Notes: generated by a model not told the origin, from the letters alone. DNA of 64,000 nt from Pseudomonadota bacterium (GCA_021845905.1 JAJZVA010000002.1:12577-76576), one strand, 5' to 3'; positions 1 to 9,794 are shown, numbered from the stretch's first letter. Made by a program: numbers and translations.

Positions 1-1
1 C

Positions 2-151
2 ACCGTGCTGTTCGCCGTCGCGCGCACCGTCGGCTGGGTCTCGCAGTGGAAAGAGATGATCGAGGAGCCGACCCACAAGATCGGCCGCCCCCGTCAGCTC
101 TATATCGGCGAGACGGAACGCGCCTTCATCCCGATGGACAAGAGAAAATAA
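2..151 (+). CDS. gltA: citrate synthase, C-terminal fragment (5' part outside window)
   Basis: Frame-2 translation [49 protein letters not shown] ends at TAA 149-151. It resembles the conserved C-terminus of type II citrate synthases. It is not in the ORF track because it is open at the window edge. Confidence 0.7.
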   Translation, partial: TVLFAVARTVGWVSQWKEMIEEPTHKIGRPRQLYIGETERAFIPMDKRK

Positions 152-233
152 GACGTCGGCCTCTTAAAAAAACCAGCACCTTCGCGCAAACGCGTGTTTG
201 CGCCGCGTGCCGTTTATGAAACGGGTGCGAGGC

Positions 234-283
234 GTAAATTATAATATAGGCACGAGACGTAAGTTATAATATAGGTACGAGAC
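234..283. repeat. 25-bp tandem duplication containing the stop codon of the 264-1043 gene
   Basis: GTAAATTATAATATAGGCACGAGAC (234-258) and GTAAGTTATAATATAGGTACGAGAC (259-283), 23/25 identical. Confidence 0.9.
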
Positions 284-1043
284 GTACCGGGCGGCAGGAC
301 AAGCGATTGAAGTCCTTGGGGTACCAATTCTCGTCGCCGTCCGCGAACCGGACAACGCGCGCAGAGTCCGCGCCGTGCGGGCCATCTGTGGACGACCAGT
401 ACCAGTCCGGACAATCGGAACCGCTGGATGCGGCGGTTTTGAAGGAGCCTTTCAAGACGCCTTCGTTTTGGTTTTTTTGCAGGACGCGCAGGTTTTCTAG
501 CGACGGGATTTGCCAGTCGTCGTGACCGTATTCTTTTTGTCTGTTCACGATACTCACTGTTTTCACAGCCTCGTTGAACGTCTCACTCATGCAGAGATCT
601 TCCGGCATGGCGAACATCCGCGATTTGCCGTCGGCGCTCAGGCCGGCATAAACCGTGCCGTCGGCCATTGTCTGGCCAGGCTCCAAGGCTTCCTTCACCG
701 CCGCAATCGCCGTGTCGTTGGCGGGAGGGGGTTTGTTGATAACAACAGTTCCTGCAGCGGCGGCAATAACAAGATGACCGTCGGCGGCCTGCTTGATCGT
801 CACGCCGTTCAAAACCGCCGCGCTGAAATCTTTACTCAGGCTGATTTGCGTGCCTTCTCCCGCGCGCGCGGCATCGATGGCAATTTCCTGCGCTACCCCA
901 TCCTTGCTGTAAGTCGTGACGGTCTTTCCATCCGCGCTCACCTCAACTTTGGCATCGCCGATGCTGGCCGTGATCAGGCCGGTTACGGGATTGACGCTGA
1001 ATTGCGCGTCTTTCAGTTTTTTCTTCACCGTTGCGTCTGACAT
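264..1043 (-). CDS. DUF1566 (Lcl C-terminal domain) family protein
   Basis: 259-aa ORF. The C-terminal part (DWYWSSTDGP...ARVVRFADGDENWYPKDFNRLSCRPVR) looks like the DUF1566 fold signature. The 3' end lies in a 25-bp tandem duplication. Confidence 0.55.
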   Translation of the reverse strand: MSDATVKKKLKDAQFSVNPVTGLITASIGDAKVEVSADGKTVTTYSKDGVAQEIAIDAARAGEGTQISLSKDFSAAVLNGVTIKQAADGHLVIAAAAGTVVINKPPPANDTAIAAVKEALEPGQTMADGTVYAGLSADGKSRMFAMPEDLCMSETFNEAVKTVSIVNRQKEYGHDDWQIPSLENLRVLQKNQNEGVLKGSFKTAASSGSDCPDWYWSSTDGPHGADSARVVRFADGDENWYPKDFNRLSCRPVRLVPIL

Positions 1044-1269
1044 TGTGTGATCTCCTTTTATAATTACATAACATAATAAATACTGAACTGACGGTAACCG
1101 ATTCTCCGTAATTCTATCAATAGTATTTTTAATAATAAATTAACAATTATGGACCGCATATTCTCCGCCTCTCCACCTCATTTCTTGACACAGATTAAAA
1201 CAATATGTTAATATTAAAATCATGAAGGTTTTTGAGTCCTCGAACAAAAAAGCCGTAGCATAAAGCGGG

Positions 1270-1770
1270 GTGAAATTGGGCATTCTGAGCAAATTCAATT
1301 ATGCGGCCAGGCGCACCGCGAATATCGGCATCGGCGCGGCGCAGATGACAGCTGGTGGCGGCATTTTCAGCCTCGGCTCGTTGGGCATGGTCAGCATTGC
1401 CGCAATATGCATGTCCAATCCGATTACGCTTACCCTCTCCATGGTCGGTTTGGGCGGAACCATCTTCGGCGGCGCCTACCTGATGGATCGCGGCGCGAAA
1501 AATCTTTTCAAGAAACCCAAAACATCCCTCCCCGGCCCCGGCGTGACCAAGGGCGAAAAAGGAGCGGGCGCGGCTTATTCGGGCGGCGTGCCGGGCAGTA
1601 AGTTCGTGCCGCCGCCGCAACAAAAACAGTTTATGGACGACAAGCCGTGGTTCACCCCGTCGCAGGACACCCAGCAAGGTCAGGGGCCCTTCAACCCGAC
1701 GCAGCCCGGCTCCGCCAACAATCCGTTCCCGATGCCGTTCGTTCCCGGGCAGGGCGGTCCGGGATTCTGA
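1270..1770 (+). CDS. hypothetical membrane protein with P/Q/G-rich C-terminal tail
   Basis: 166-aa ORF with a GTG start. It has two glycine-rich hydrophobic segments followed by a low-complexity PPPQQKQ...QGGPGF tail. No recognisable family. Confidence 0.4.
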   Translation: MKLGILSKFNYAARRTANIGIGAAQMTAGGGIFSLGSLGMVSIAAICMSNPITLTLSMVGLGGTIFGGAYLMDRGAKNLFKKPKTSLPGPGVTKGEKGAGAAYSGGVPGSKFVPPPQQKQFMDDKPWFTPSQDTQQGQGPFNPTQPGSANNPFPMPFVPGQGGPGF

Positions 1771-1774
1771 TATC

Positions 1775-3616
1775 TCAGTCCGGCTCTTTCAGCAAATCCC
1801 CGTAGAGACGCGCATAGGCGCCGTTTTGCGCCAGCAGTTGCGCGTGGTTTCCCTGCTCGACGATGCGGCCATGCTCCAGCACATAGATGACGTCGGCATT
1901 GATGATGGTCGAGAGCCGGTGGGCGACGACGATGGTGGTGCGGCCTTTCTGCAGGCGCTCCAGCGCCTCCTGCACGAGCTTTTCGGAGGTGGTGTCGAGC
2001 GCGGACGTCGCCTCGTCGAGCAGCAGAATGGGCGCGTTTTTGAGCATGGCGCGGGCGATCGAAATGCGCTGGCGCTGGCCTCCGGAAAGCTTCACCCCCT
2101 GCTCGCCGACGCGCGTCGCATATCCTTCAGGCAGCGCGGAGATGAAATCATGCGCGGCGGCCTCCTTCGCGGCGGCGACAATCTCCTCCTCCGTGGCGTC
2201 GCGGCGGCCATAAGCGATGTTGGCGCGGATGGTGTCGTCGAAAATCGCGACCTCCTGCGTCACCAGCGCCATGTTGTGACGGAGACTCTCCAGCGTGACG
2301 GAACGGACGTCCTGCCCGTCGACCGTCACAATGCCCGCGTCGACATCATAAAAACGCGGGATAAGGTTGAGGATGGTGGATTTTCCCGCGCCGGAGCTGC
2401 CGACCAGCGCGATGGTTTTTCCCGCCGGCGCCTCGAACGACACGCCGTGGAGCGCCTCGCTGCCGTCGGGATAGGCGAAGTGAACGTCCCTGAAAACAAC
2501 CGTAGCGCCGCCAAGCCGCAGCGGTTTCGCGTCCGGCGCGTCGACGATTTCGGCCTTGACGTCCAGCAGGCCGAACAGCCGGTCGATCGCGGCAAGCCCC
2601 ATCTGCATGGTGTTGTTGAGGTTGGCGAGACGCTTCATCGGGTCGAAGGCGAGCACGAAAGCAGTGATGAAGGAGACCAGCCTGCCGGTCGTGCTCGCGC
2701 CGATGATGATGCGGTGGCCGCCGTAAATGATGATGGTGGCGATGGCGAGGCCGACCAGCGTTTCCGCCATCGGCGTGGTCGAGGCGGAAATGCGGAACGC
2801 TCGGGTGAACAGCCGCAAGACCTTCTCGATCGTCGCGTCGACGCGGCTTCTCTCGTAGTCTTCCGCGCAATAGGACTTGACGTGCCGCGCGCCCTGAAAC
2901 GACTGGTTGAGGATCGAGGTGAGATCGCCGTTGTGCACCTGCATGCTGCGCGACACCTTGCGCAGGCTGGAGCCGGTGCGATGGACGAAATAGAACGCCG
3001 CGGGAAAAACGAAGATCGAGATCAGCGACAGCCGCCAGTCCTGGTAAAACATCACCGCGACGAGAAAGATGATGGTGAAAAAGTTCTTGCCCATCCCCGT
3101 CATGCCCTCGACCGTGGCGGTGCGCATCTGCGCCGTGTCGGAGAGAAAGCGCGACAAAAGCTGCCCCGTCGGATAGGCGTGGAAATAGGAAATGTCGGCG
3201 CGGATGAGATGCGCGAACATGTCGCGCTGGATGTCGCTGATGACCCGCTGCCCCAGCCAGTTCATGATGACGGCGTTGCCGTAGGTGACGAAGCCGCGCA
3301 CGACGAACACCGCCAGCACGCCGAGACCGGTCGGCCACAGCAGTCTTGAACTTCTGGCGTTGAACACGCGGTCGAAAATCGGCTGCATGAATTTGGCGAG
3401 CCCAGCCGTCAGCGCCGCGGACATCAGCATCAGGGTCATCGCCACGAGGATGATCCGCCAGTAAGGCAGAATATACGTCCGCGCGAAACGCAGCATCAGC
3501 GGCACCGTGGGCGTATGCTCCTCCGCCATCGCGCTTTTTTGTTGCGATGCGGAAGAGAGCGCTGCCGGAGGCCGGTCTTGTTGCGATGCAACAGGGGTTT
3601 TTTGAGCTTCGTTCAT
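1775..3616 (-). CDS. ABC transporter permease/ATP-binding protein, MsbA-like exporter
   Basis: 613 aa. N-terminal 6-TM domain plus Walker A GSSGAGKST, ABC signature LSGGQRQRISIARA and Walker B ILLLDEATSALD. Confidence 0.9.
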   Translation of the reverse strand: MNEAQKTPVASQQDRPPAALSSASQQKSAMAEEHTPTVPLMLRFARTYILPYWRIILVAMTLMLMSAALTAGLAKFMQPIFDRVFNARSSRLLWPTGLGVLAVFVVRGFVTYGNAVIMNWLGQRVISDIQRDMFAHLIRADISYFHAYPTGQLLSRFLSDTAQMRTATVEGMTGMGKNFFTIIFLVAVMFYQDWRLSLISIFVFPAAFYFVHRTGSSLRKVSRSMQVHNGDLTSILNQSFQGARHVKSYCAEDYERSRVDATIEKVLRLFTRAFRISASTTPMAETLVGLAIATIIIYGGHRIIIGASTTGRLVSFITAFVLAFDPMKRLANLNNTMQMGLAAIDRLFGLLDVKAEIVDAPDAKPLRLGGATVVFRDVHFAYPDGSEALHGVSFEAPAGKTIALVGSSGAGKSTILNLIPRFYDVDAGIVTVDGQDVRSVTLESLRHNMALVTQEVAIFDDTIRANIAYGRRDATEEEIVAAAKEAAAHDFISALPEGYATRVGEQGVKLSGGQRQRISIARAMLKNAPILLLDEATSALDTTSEKLVQEALERLQKGRTTIVVAHRLSTIINADVIYVLEHGRIVEQGNHAQLLAQNGAYARLYGDLLKEPD

Positions 3617-3721
3617 GCTTTCTAAAGGGATGCCGTATTATATTAAACTGGTAAGGGTTGGCAGTTTAATCGCTAAATGCGGCGCTGTAAATAATAAACA
3701 TAACGTGGATTACAGGCAGAT

Positions 3722-4858
3722 ATGTTCGGAAATCATCGCAACGGCGGCGGAAATGACGGCGGAAATGACGGCGGAAATGACGGCAACAAGGCCCCGGAGA
3801 CGAAAACAGCTCCGCAAAGCCCGCCGGACGCCGCCGCAAACCCCGCCCCCAATCCGAACGGCGAGGCAAAACCCCTGCAAATGTCCGCGCCGCCCAAAAT
3901 CGGCCTCGCTCTCGGCTCGGGTCTCGCGCGCGGGTTCGCCCATATCGGCGTGGTGCGCGCGCTCAAAAGACACGGCATCGTGCCGACGGTCGTTTCCGGC
4001 ACGTCGATGGGCGCGCTGGTCGGCGGCGCCTATCTTGCCAACAAGCTCGACAACGTCGAGGAATGGGCCTATTCGCTGACCCGCGCCAAAGTGCTCTCCT
4101 ATCTCGATTTCAACCGCGGCGTGCTGATGGGCGCGGGCGGCATCATCGGCGGCGAAAAGCTCGTCAAGCTCATGCTGGAGAATTTCGGCGACATTCGCGC
4201 CGAGGAACTTCTCTATCCCTTTATCGCCATAGCGACCGACCTTGTCACCGGCCACGAGGTCTGGCTCCGGCGTGGGCGGCTGGTCGACGTGATGCGCGCG
4301 TCCTTTTCGCTGCCGGGGATCTTTCCGCCGGTGCCGTTCAACGGACGCTGGCTGATCGACGGCGCGCTGGTCAATCCCGTGCCGGTGTCCGCCTGCAACG
4401 CCGGCGGCGCGCGCATGACCATCGCCGTCAACGTCAACGGCGACATCATCGGCAAGGTGAAACGCCCGGGCGACAAGGTGCCGACCGTCGCGGGCTTCGA
4501 CCTGCTCAACGTCGCGGGGCCGCATGCCGAGGAGGCGAAGAAGTCCGGCCTCATCAACCGCATCTTCAAGCGCGAGGCCGATCATCCGAGCGTCTTCGGC
4601 GTGATGATCTCCTCGCTCAACATCGTGCAGGACAGGCTTTCAAGATCGCGCCTCGCGGGCGACCCGCCCGACGTCCTCATCACCCCGCGCATCGGGCACA
4701 TCGGCCTGATGGAATTCGACCGCGCCGAGGAGCTGATCGCCGAGGGCGAAGCCGCCGTGGAGCGCGCCGTGCCCGACATCAAGGCCGCCTACGCCGTTCT
4801 CTGCACCGAATACAACGAGGCGGAAGAAGCCGCCATGCCGGAAGGCTACAAACCCTGA
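3722..4858 (+). CDS. patatin-like phospholipase family protein
   Basis: Oxyanion motif GSGLARG, nucleophile elbow GTSMG and catalytic DGAL. The N-terminus contains a GGND x3 repeat, so the true start may be the internal M before SAPPKIGLALGSG. Confidence 0.85.
   Translation: MFGNHRNGGGNDGGNDGGNDGNKAPETKTAPQSPPDAAANPAPNPNGEAKPLQMSAPPKIGLALGSGLARGFAHIGVVRALKRHGIVPTVVSGTSMGALVGGAYLANKLDNVEEWAYSLTRAKVLSYLDFNRGVLMGAGGIIGGEKLVKLMLENFGDIRAEELLYPFIAIATDLVTGHEVWLRRGRLVDVMRASFSLPGIFPPVPFNGRWLIDGALVNPVPVSACNAGGARMTIAVNVNGDIIGKVKRPGDKVPTVAGFDLLNVAGPHAEEAKKSGLINRIFKREADHPSVFGVMISSLNIVQDRLSRSRLAGDPPDVLITPRIGHIGLMEFDRAEELIAEGEAAVERAVPDIKAAYAVLCTEYNEAEEAAMPEGYKP
3746..3781 (+). repeat. 12-bp x3 in-frame tandem repeat (GGCGGAAATGAC) encoding GGND x3
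   Basis: Three perfect head-to-tail copies read directly in the sequence, inside the N-terminal region of the patatin-like ORF. Confidence 0.9.
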
Positions 4859-4973
4859 AGTCCTCCCCGCGCTATATAAGTAAAACCCCGGTTTTCTCAA
4901 AATTAACCATATGTTAATAAAAGCCTGTTATTATACATAGTATATAAAATTTTACAAATATGGGAGTTATATA

Positions 4974-5354
4974 ATGAAAAAATCAAAATTCGTCATGCCG
5001 GACGTTTCCGCCGTCAAGCCGGAGAAAATCTCCGAGACTTTGGGCATCATGCAGAATGAACGGGAGCGTTGCATGGCCAAAGGCTCTTTTCCGGGCGCTT
5101 ATAACGGCGCGGCTTTCGGCCTCAGCGCCATAGGCGCCAGCGCCCTCGGAGCGGGACTTATGGCGACGGGAACCGCCGCGACGGTGGCGGCTGCGCCGCT
5201 GGTGCTTGCGGCGGGCGTCGCGATCGGCGCCGTGGCGATCGGATTGCGTCTCCTCGGCGCGGTGCGCCAAAGCGAGGGCCGTATAAAAGCCAACGAGATC
5301 GGCCAGAAGATGGACAAGCTGAAAGCAAGAAGCCCGCAAACGGCCAAATTATAG
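4974..5354 (+). CDS. hypothetical small membrane protein
   Basis: 126-aa ORF preceded by GGGAG about 8 nt upstream of the ATG. It has a central Ala/Gly-rich hydrophobic stretch of about 60 aa. Confidence 0.5.
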   Translation: MKKSKFVMPDVSAVKPEKISETLGIMQNERERCMAKGSFPGAYNGAAFGLSAIGASALGAGLMATGTAATVAAAPLVLAAGVAIGAVAIGLRLLGAVRQSEGRIKANEIGQKMDKLKARSPQTAKL

Positions 5355-5363
5355 GATCATGCC

Positions 5364-5693
5364 ATGACAGATCTTCAAATACCGCCCATGGAGGAATTGC
5401 AGGATGCCGACGCGACGCACGGCATCGTCCACATCATCACCGGCCGCGACGCGAACAGCGAGCCTTTTTACGCCTACGTCAGCGTCAAGCCCAGCCGCTA
5501 CGAGGAATTTCTTCTCATCACCCGCGCGGGCGAAGAAATGGACCTTGCGGAATTCGGCAGGATTCTCAGCGCCGGATTCGGGGAAGAGCCGCCAAACGAC
5601 GTGCGCGCGCGCATGGAAGAGAAATACGGCGTCGATCACAATTTTCTCGCCAATTTGCAAAAAGACATCGCGCAACGCGGAGAGCGGGCTTAG
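5364..5693 (+). CDS. hypothetical protein
   Basis: 109-aa ORF starting 10 nt after the previous stop. Its composition looks like a normal soluble protein. No family recognised. Confidence 0.45.
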   Translation: MTDLQIPPMEELQDADATHGIVHIITGRDANSEPFYAYVSVKPSRYEEFLLITRAGEEMDLAEFGRILSAGFGEEPPNDVRARMEEKYGVDHNFLANLQKDIAQRGERA

Positions 5694-5702
5694 GCTCAGG
5701 AT

Positions 5703-6632
5703 CTACTCTTTCATCCTTGCCCGCTCGCGCTCCCTTAAAGCCGCTTCCGCCGTCTGCCAGACGAGGCCGTCGAGCACCCACGTGGGGCGGATGCCGCCGT
5801 AGCCCAAGGCCAGCTGCTCCATCATCTTGCGTTTTTGTTCCGGCAGCATGCCGGGCTTGAAGGACGAGGCGTGGATGCCCGTGGTGATGAAGGCGGTGTC
5901 GAGATCGGCGGACGCGCCGCCCGCGATGTCGTGCTGGACGCTGTCGCCGACGACGAGGATGCGCGACGGGATGATGTCGTCGAACAGCGTGAGGCAATAG
6001 CGGAAGATCGTCTTGTGCGGCTTGCCGATATAATGCACCGCGCCGCCGAGCTCGCTGTAGCGCGCGGCGACGGCGCCGGGGCCGGGCGCGCGCTCGTGCC
6101 CGTAGAGCGTCACCATGTCGGGGTTGGCGCAGATCATCGGGATGTGCCTGGCCACCGCCGTCTTGAAGACCGGGTCCATGTCTTCGAGCTTCCGCGCGGC
6201 CGCGTCGAAACTGCTGATGAGGATGAAGTGCGCGTCCTCGACGTTTTCCACCGCCGTGATGTCGAGGCCGTCGAGCAGCCCCCTGTCATCGGGGCGCGAG
6301 ATCATGTAGCAGTTTTCCCCGAGTCCGGCGAACGGCGGGTCTTTCCTGTCCTTCAGCCCCTGCCATGCGACCTCGCCCGCCGAGACGACGGACTTGTAAA
6401 GCCCGGGCTTGATGCCGAGCTTCTTGAGGCGCTCGACGTTGTCGTTGGAGCGCTTGGCGGAGTTGGAGAGGATCACGACCTGCTTCTTGCGGTTCTTGAG
6501 ATGATTGAGGCTGTCGATGACGTTCTCGTAAGGATGCAGGCCGTTGTGCAGCACGCCCCACTGGTCGAGGATGAATCCGTCGTAGGAATCCATCAGCTCG
6601 TAAAGCCCCTGACAGAAAGTCATGTTGGTCAT
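5703..6632 (-). CDS. HAD-superfamily hydrolase, subfamily IIA (TIGR01459-like)
   Basis: N-terminal DGFILDQWGVLHNG (DxD-type nucleophile loop variant), ILSNS, and C-terminal VGDSVQHDIAGG. Confidence 0.7.
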   Translation of the reverse strand: MTNMTFCQGLYELMDSYDGFILDQWGVLHNGLHPYENVIDSLNHLKNRKKQVVILSNSAKRSNDNVERLKKLGIKPGLYKSVVSAGEVAWQGLKDRKDPPFAGLGENCYMISRPDDRGLLDGLDITAVENVEDAHFILISSFDAAARKLEDMDPVFKTAVARHIPMICANPDMVTLYGHERAPGPGAVAARYSELGGAVHYIGKPHKTIFRYCLTLFDDIIPSRILVVGDSVQHDIAGGASADLDTAFITTGIHASSFKPGMLPEQKRKMMEQLALGYGGIRPTWVLDGLVWQTAEAALRERERARMKE

Positions 6633-6660
6633 GCGATACTCCCCCCTGATTCAAGCCTGC

Positions 6661-7089
6661 TCAGGATTCCAGTTTACCAAAGCAATTCTTAAATTTCTCT
6701 ATTTCCGTTTCCCGTTCAGAATCAGTATAGGAGATTTCATCGCGGTGTACAGCCCAGACGGGCTTCGGCCAGGCGGGATCGCCCTGAAACCGCGCGAAAA
6801 CGTGAATATGCAACTGCGGCACCATGTTGCCGTAGGCGGCGATATTGATTTTATCCGCACTGCAAACGGTTTTGAGCGCGCGCGCGGCGCGGGAGATTTC
6901 ACGCGTCAGCTGCATCTGGTCGGCCTCCGCCAGCTCGAAGATTTCCCGAATGTCCCGGCGTTGCGGCACGAGCACAAGCCACGGAAACGTCTTGTCGTTT
7001 TTAAGGGAGACGCGGCACAAATCCCAGTCGCAAATGAAGAACGAGCCGGCTTTCAGCCGCGGATCGAGAACGAAATCCGCCGCCGTCAT
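6661..7089 (-). CDS. HIT family hydrolase
   Basis: 142 aa with the histidine triad QLHIHVFARF. Confidence 0.8.
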   Translation of the reverse strand: MTAADFVLDPRLKAGSFFICDWDLCRVSLKNDKTFPWLVLVPQRRDIREIFELAEADQMQLTREISRAARALKTVCSADKINIAAYGNMVPQLHIHVFARFQGDPAWPKPVWAVHRDEISYTDSERETEIEKFKNCFGKLES

Positions 7090-7101
7090 GCGGTATCGCC
7101 T

Positions 7102-7578
7102 TTATTCGATGTCAACGGGCACGCCCGGCTTGTATTTGGCGACGCGCACGCCCAGCGCCGACTTGATGTGGCTGACGTTCGGCGCGGAGGACAAATGCTG
7201 CGTCAGAAACGCCTGATAGGCGCCCCAGTCTTCCGCGACGATCTTGAGGATGTAATCCGCCTCGCCGGACACGAGATGGCACTCGCGCACCTGCGGCCAG
7301 CTTTTGACGAGATCCTCGAACTGCTTCTGGTCGTGCTCGGACTGCTTGGCGAGGCCGACCTGCGCGAAAACCGAAACGCCGTAGCCCAGCGACACCGGAT
7401 CGATGTCGGCATGATAGCCCTTGATCACGCCCGCTTCCTCGAGCGCGCGCACGCGCCGAAGGCACGGCGGCGCGGAGATGCCGGCGCGCTCCGCCAGCTC
7501 GACGTTGGTCATGCGCCCGTTCTCCTGCAGGTCGTTGAGGATTTTACGGTCTATTCTATCCAGTTTGACTTTGGCCAT
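7102..7578 (-). CDS. Lrp/AsnC family transcriptional regulator
   Basis: 158 aa. N-terminal LDRIDRKILNDLQENGRMTNVELAERAGISAPPCLRRVRALEEAGVI HTH plus a C-terminal RAM-like domain. Confidence 0.9.
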   Translation of the reverse strand: MAKVKLDRIDRKILNDLQENGRMTNVELAERAGISAPPCLRRVRALEEAGVIKGYHADIDPVSLGYGVSVFAQVGLAKQSEHDQKQFEDLVKSWPQVRECHLVSGEADYILKIVAEDWGAYQAFLTQHLSSAPNVSHIKSALGVRVAKYKPGVPVDIE

Positions 7579-7748
7579 TTTTGATACGCTCTTAAAAATT
7601 CATAGAGTTAAAAACAAGCTCGCAATGTAATAATATTATACTAATTTATATTCAAGTGAAATATTCACTTCTCCAAACTTTCATTATATTTCCCGCCCGT
7701 GTTATGGGTTGAAATATAGCAGGATTGGCAAGCGCTTCATAATAGCCT

Positions 7749-8795
7749 ATGATCCTGACGCTTTATGGAGCGCGGCATTTGACAGAACCTGAAAAAACCT
7801 GCTGGATCATCACCGGCGGCGATACCGGCACGGAAAACCAGTGCATCGGCCTCGCCGAAGCGCTGGGATTGCGCGCCGAGATCAAGCGGCTGAAACTCAA
7901 AACCCCGTGGCGGCAGCTCAGTCCGTGGTTCCGGCTGGGCTTCGGGCGCGCGCTGGCGAAAGACGGCGCGCGGCTCGATCCGCCCTGGCCCGATCTGCTC
8001 ATCGCCAGCGGGCGCAAAAGCATCGCCGCCGCGCTCCACGTGAAAAAGAAAAGCGGCGGGAGGACTTTTGTCGTGCAGGTGCAGGACCCGCGCTTTTCGC
8101 CCCGCAGCTTCGACCTGATCGTCGCGCCGCAGCACGACCCCGCGCGGGGCGGGAACGTGATCGTCACCACCGGCGCAACCCACCGCGTGACGGACGGAAA
8201 AATAAAATCGGACATGGAAAAATTCAAGGACGCGCTGGAAAAACTGCCGCATCCGCGCGTCGCGGTGCTGATCGGCGGGCAAAGCAAGAGCCACCGCATG
8301 ACCCGCGCCGTCACGGAAAGGCTGGCCGCGCAACTGCTGGCGCTGGTGAAGGAGAAAAACGTTTCCCTGATGATCACCGCCTCGCGCCGCACGGGCGAAG
8401 AGAACGCGAAGTTTTTGCGCGCGACGCTCAAAGGCGACAACATTTATTTCTGGAACGGCGGAGAAAACGGACAAGGCGGCGACAACCCTTATTTCGCGCT
8501 TCTGGGCTATGCGGATCATATCGTCGTCACGGAAGACAGCGTCTCGATGGTCTCGGAGGCGCTGTCGACCGGCAAGCCCGTGCATATCGCCGCGCTGGAA
8601 CACGCTCCGGGCGGCCCATTCGAAAAAATCGGCGGCGGCACGCCGCGAAGACACGACATTTTTCACAAAATGTTGCAAGCTCAGGGCTATACGAGGCCTT
8701 TCACCGGCGCGCTGGAAACATGGTCATACGCCCCCTTGCGTGATACACTCGACGTCGCAAACGAAATCCGAACCCTGCTCCACATGAAGGAATAA
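7749..8795 (+). CDS. ELM1/DUF1022 family protein (putative glycosyltransferase-like)
   Basis: 348 aa. The N-terminal ITGGDTGTENQCIGLAEALG resembles the family signature as I remember it. The assignment is from memory only. Confidence 0.5.
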   Translation: MILTLYGARHLTEPEKTCWIITGGDTGTENQCIGLAEALGLRAEIKRLKLKTPWRQLSPWFRLGFGRALAKDGARLDPPWPDLLIASGRKSIAAALHVKKKSGGRTFVVQVQDPRFSPRSFDLIVAPQHDPARGGNVIVTTGATHRVTDGKIKSDMEKFKDALEKLPHPRVAVLIGGQSKSHRMTRAVTERLAAQLLALVKEKNVSLMITASRRTGEENAKFLRATLKGDNIYFWNGGENGQGGDNPYFALLGYADHIVVTEDSVSMVSEALSTGKPVHIAALEHAPGGPFEKIGGGTPRRHDIFHKMLQAQGYTRPFTGALETWSYAPLRDTLDVANEIRTLLHMKE

Positions 8796-8798
8796 GAC

Positions 8799-9794
8799 AT
8801 GCCCGAAACGCACCACGCCAAAATCCTCATCATCGGCTCCGGCCCCGCGGGCTACACCGCGGCGATCTATACCGCGCGCGCGGACCTGAAGCCGCTGCTC
8901 GTCGCAGGCATGCAGGAAGGCGGGCAGATGACCATCACCTCCGACGTCGAGAACTTTCCCGGCTTCGAGGATCCGGTGCAGGGCCCGTGGCTCATGGAGC
9001 AGATGAAGAAACAGGCGGAAAAAGTCGGCACGGAAATGATCGCCGACACCATCGTCTCCATCGATCTCAAGTCCAGCCCCAAAAAGGCCGTCGGCGACGG
9101 CGGGGACGTCTATCTCGCCGACGCCGTCATCATCGCGACGGGCGCGCAGGCCAAATGGCTCGGCCTCGCCTCGGAGGAAAAATTCAAGGGCAAAGGCGTC
9201 TCGGCCTGCGCCACCTGCGACGGGTTCTTTTACAAAGGCCGGGAAGTGATCGTGGTCGGCGGCGGCAACAGCGCGGTCGAAGAGGCGATCTTCCTCACCA
9301 ACTTCGCCACCAAAGTCACCGTCGTCCACCGCAGGGATTCTTTCCGCGCGGAAAAGATCATGCAGGACAGGCTCTTCAACAATCCCAAGATCAGCGTCAT
9401 CTGGGACAGCGCGCTCGAAGAAGTGACCGGCGATCAAAAAGGCGTCACCGGCGCGAAGGTCAGGAATCTCAAGACCGGCGCGGTGACGGAGCTGAAGGCC
9501 GACGGCGTGTTCGTCGCCATCGGTCACAAGCCTTCGACCGACCTGTTCAAGGGGCAAATCGACATCGACGCCGAGGGCTATATCGTCACCAAACCCGACT
9601 CGACGGAGACCAACATCCCCGGCGTCTTCGCCGCGGGCGATGTGAAGGACAAGAAATTCCGTCAGGCCGTCACGGCGGCGGGCATGGGCTGCATGGCGGC
9701 GCTGGAAGCGGACAAATACATCGCCGCGCGCGAGCATGCGCACAACAACGCCCACACGCAAAAACAGCAGCAAAAACCGCCGAGGGCCGGATAG
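8799..9794 (+). CDS. trxB: thioredoxin-disulfide reductase
   Basis: GSGPAGYTAAIY FAD motif, redox CATCDG, and GGGNSAVEEA NADPH motif. Confidence 0.95.
   Translation: MPETHHAKILIIGSGPAGYTAAIYTARADLKPLLVAGMQEGGQMTITSDVENFPGFEDPVQGPWLMEQMKKQAEKVGTEMIADTIVSIDLKSSPKKAVGDGGDVYLADAVIIATGAQAKWLGLASEEKFKGKGVSACATCDGFFYKGREVIVVGGGNSAVEEAIFLTNFATKVTVVHRRDSFRAEKIMQDRLFNNPKISVIWDSALEEVTGDQKGVTGAKVRNLKTGAVTELKADGVFVAIGHKPSTDLFKGQIDIDAEGYIVTKPDSTETNIPGVFAAGDVKDKKFRQAVTAAGMGCMAALEADKYIAAREHAHNNAHTQKQQQKPPRAG

Noticed and set aside
1826-3349. Long antisense ORFs opposite well-supported genes. Examples: 1826-3349 (+), 8724-9773 (-), 20916-22427 (+), 22608-23834 (-), 40427-41536 (-), 55043-56761 (-) and 62575-63969 (-).
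   Set aside because: Their Arg/Gly/Ala/Pro-rich composition is typical of shadow ORFs in GC-rich DNA. Each lies fully opposite a gene with clear family motifs.
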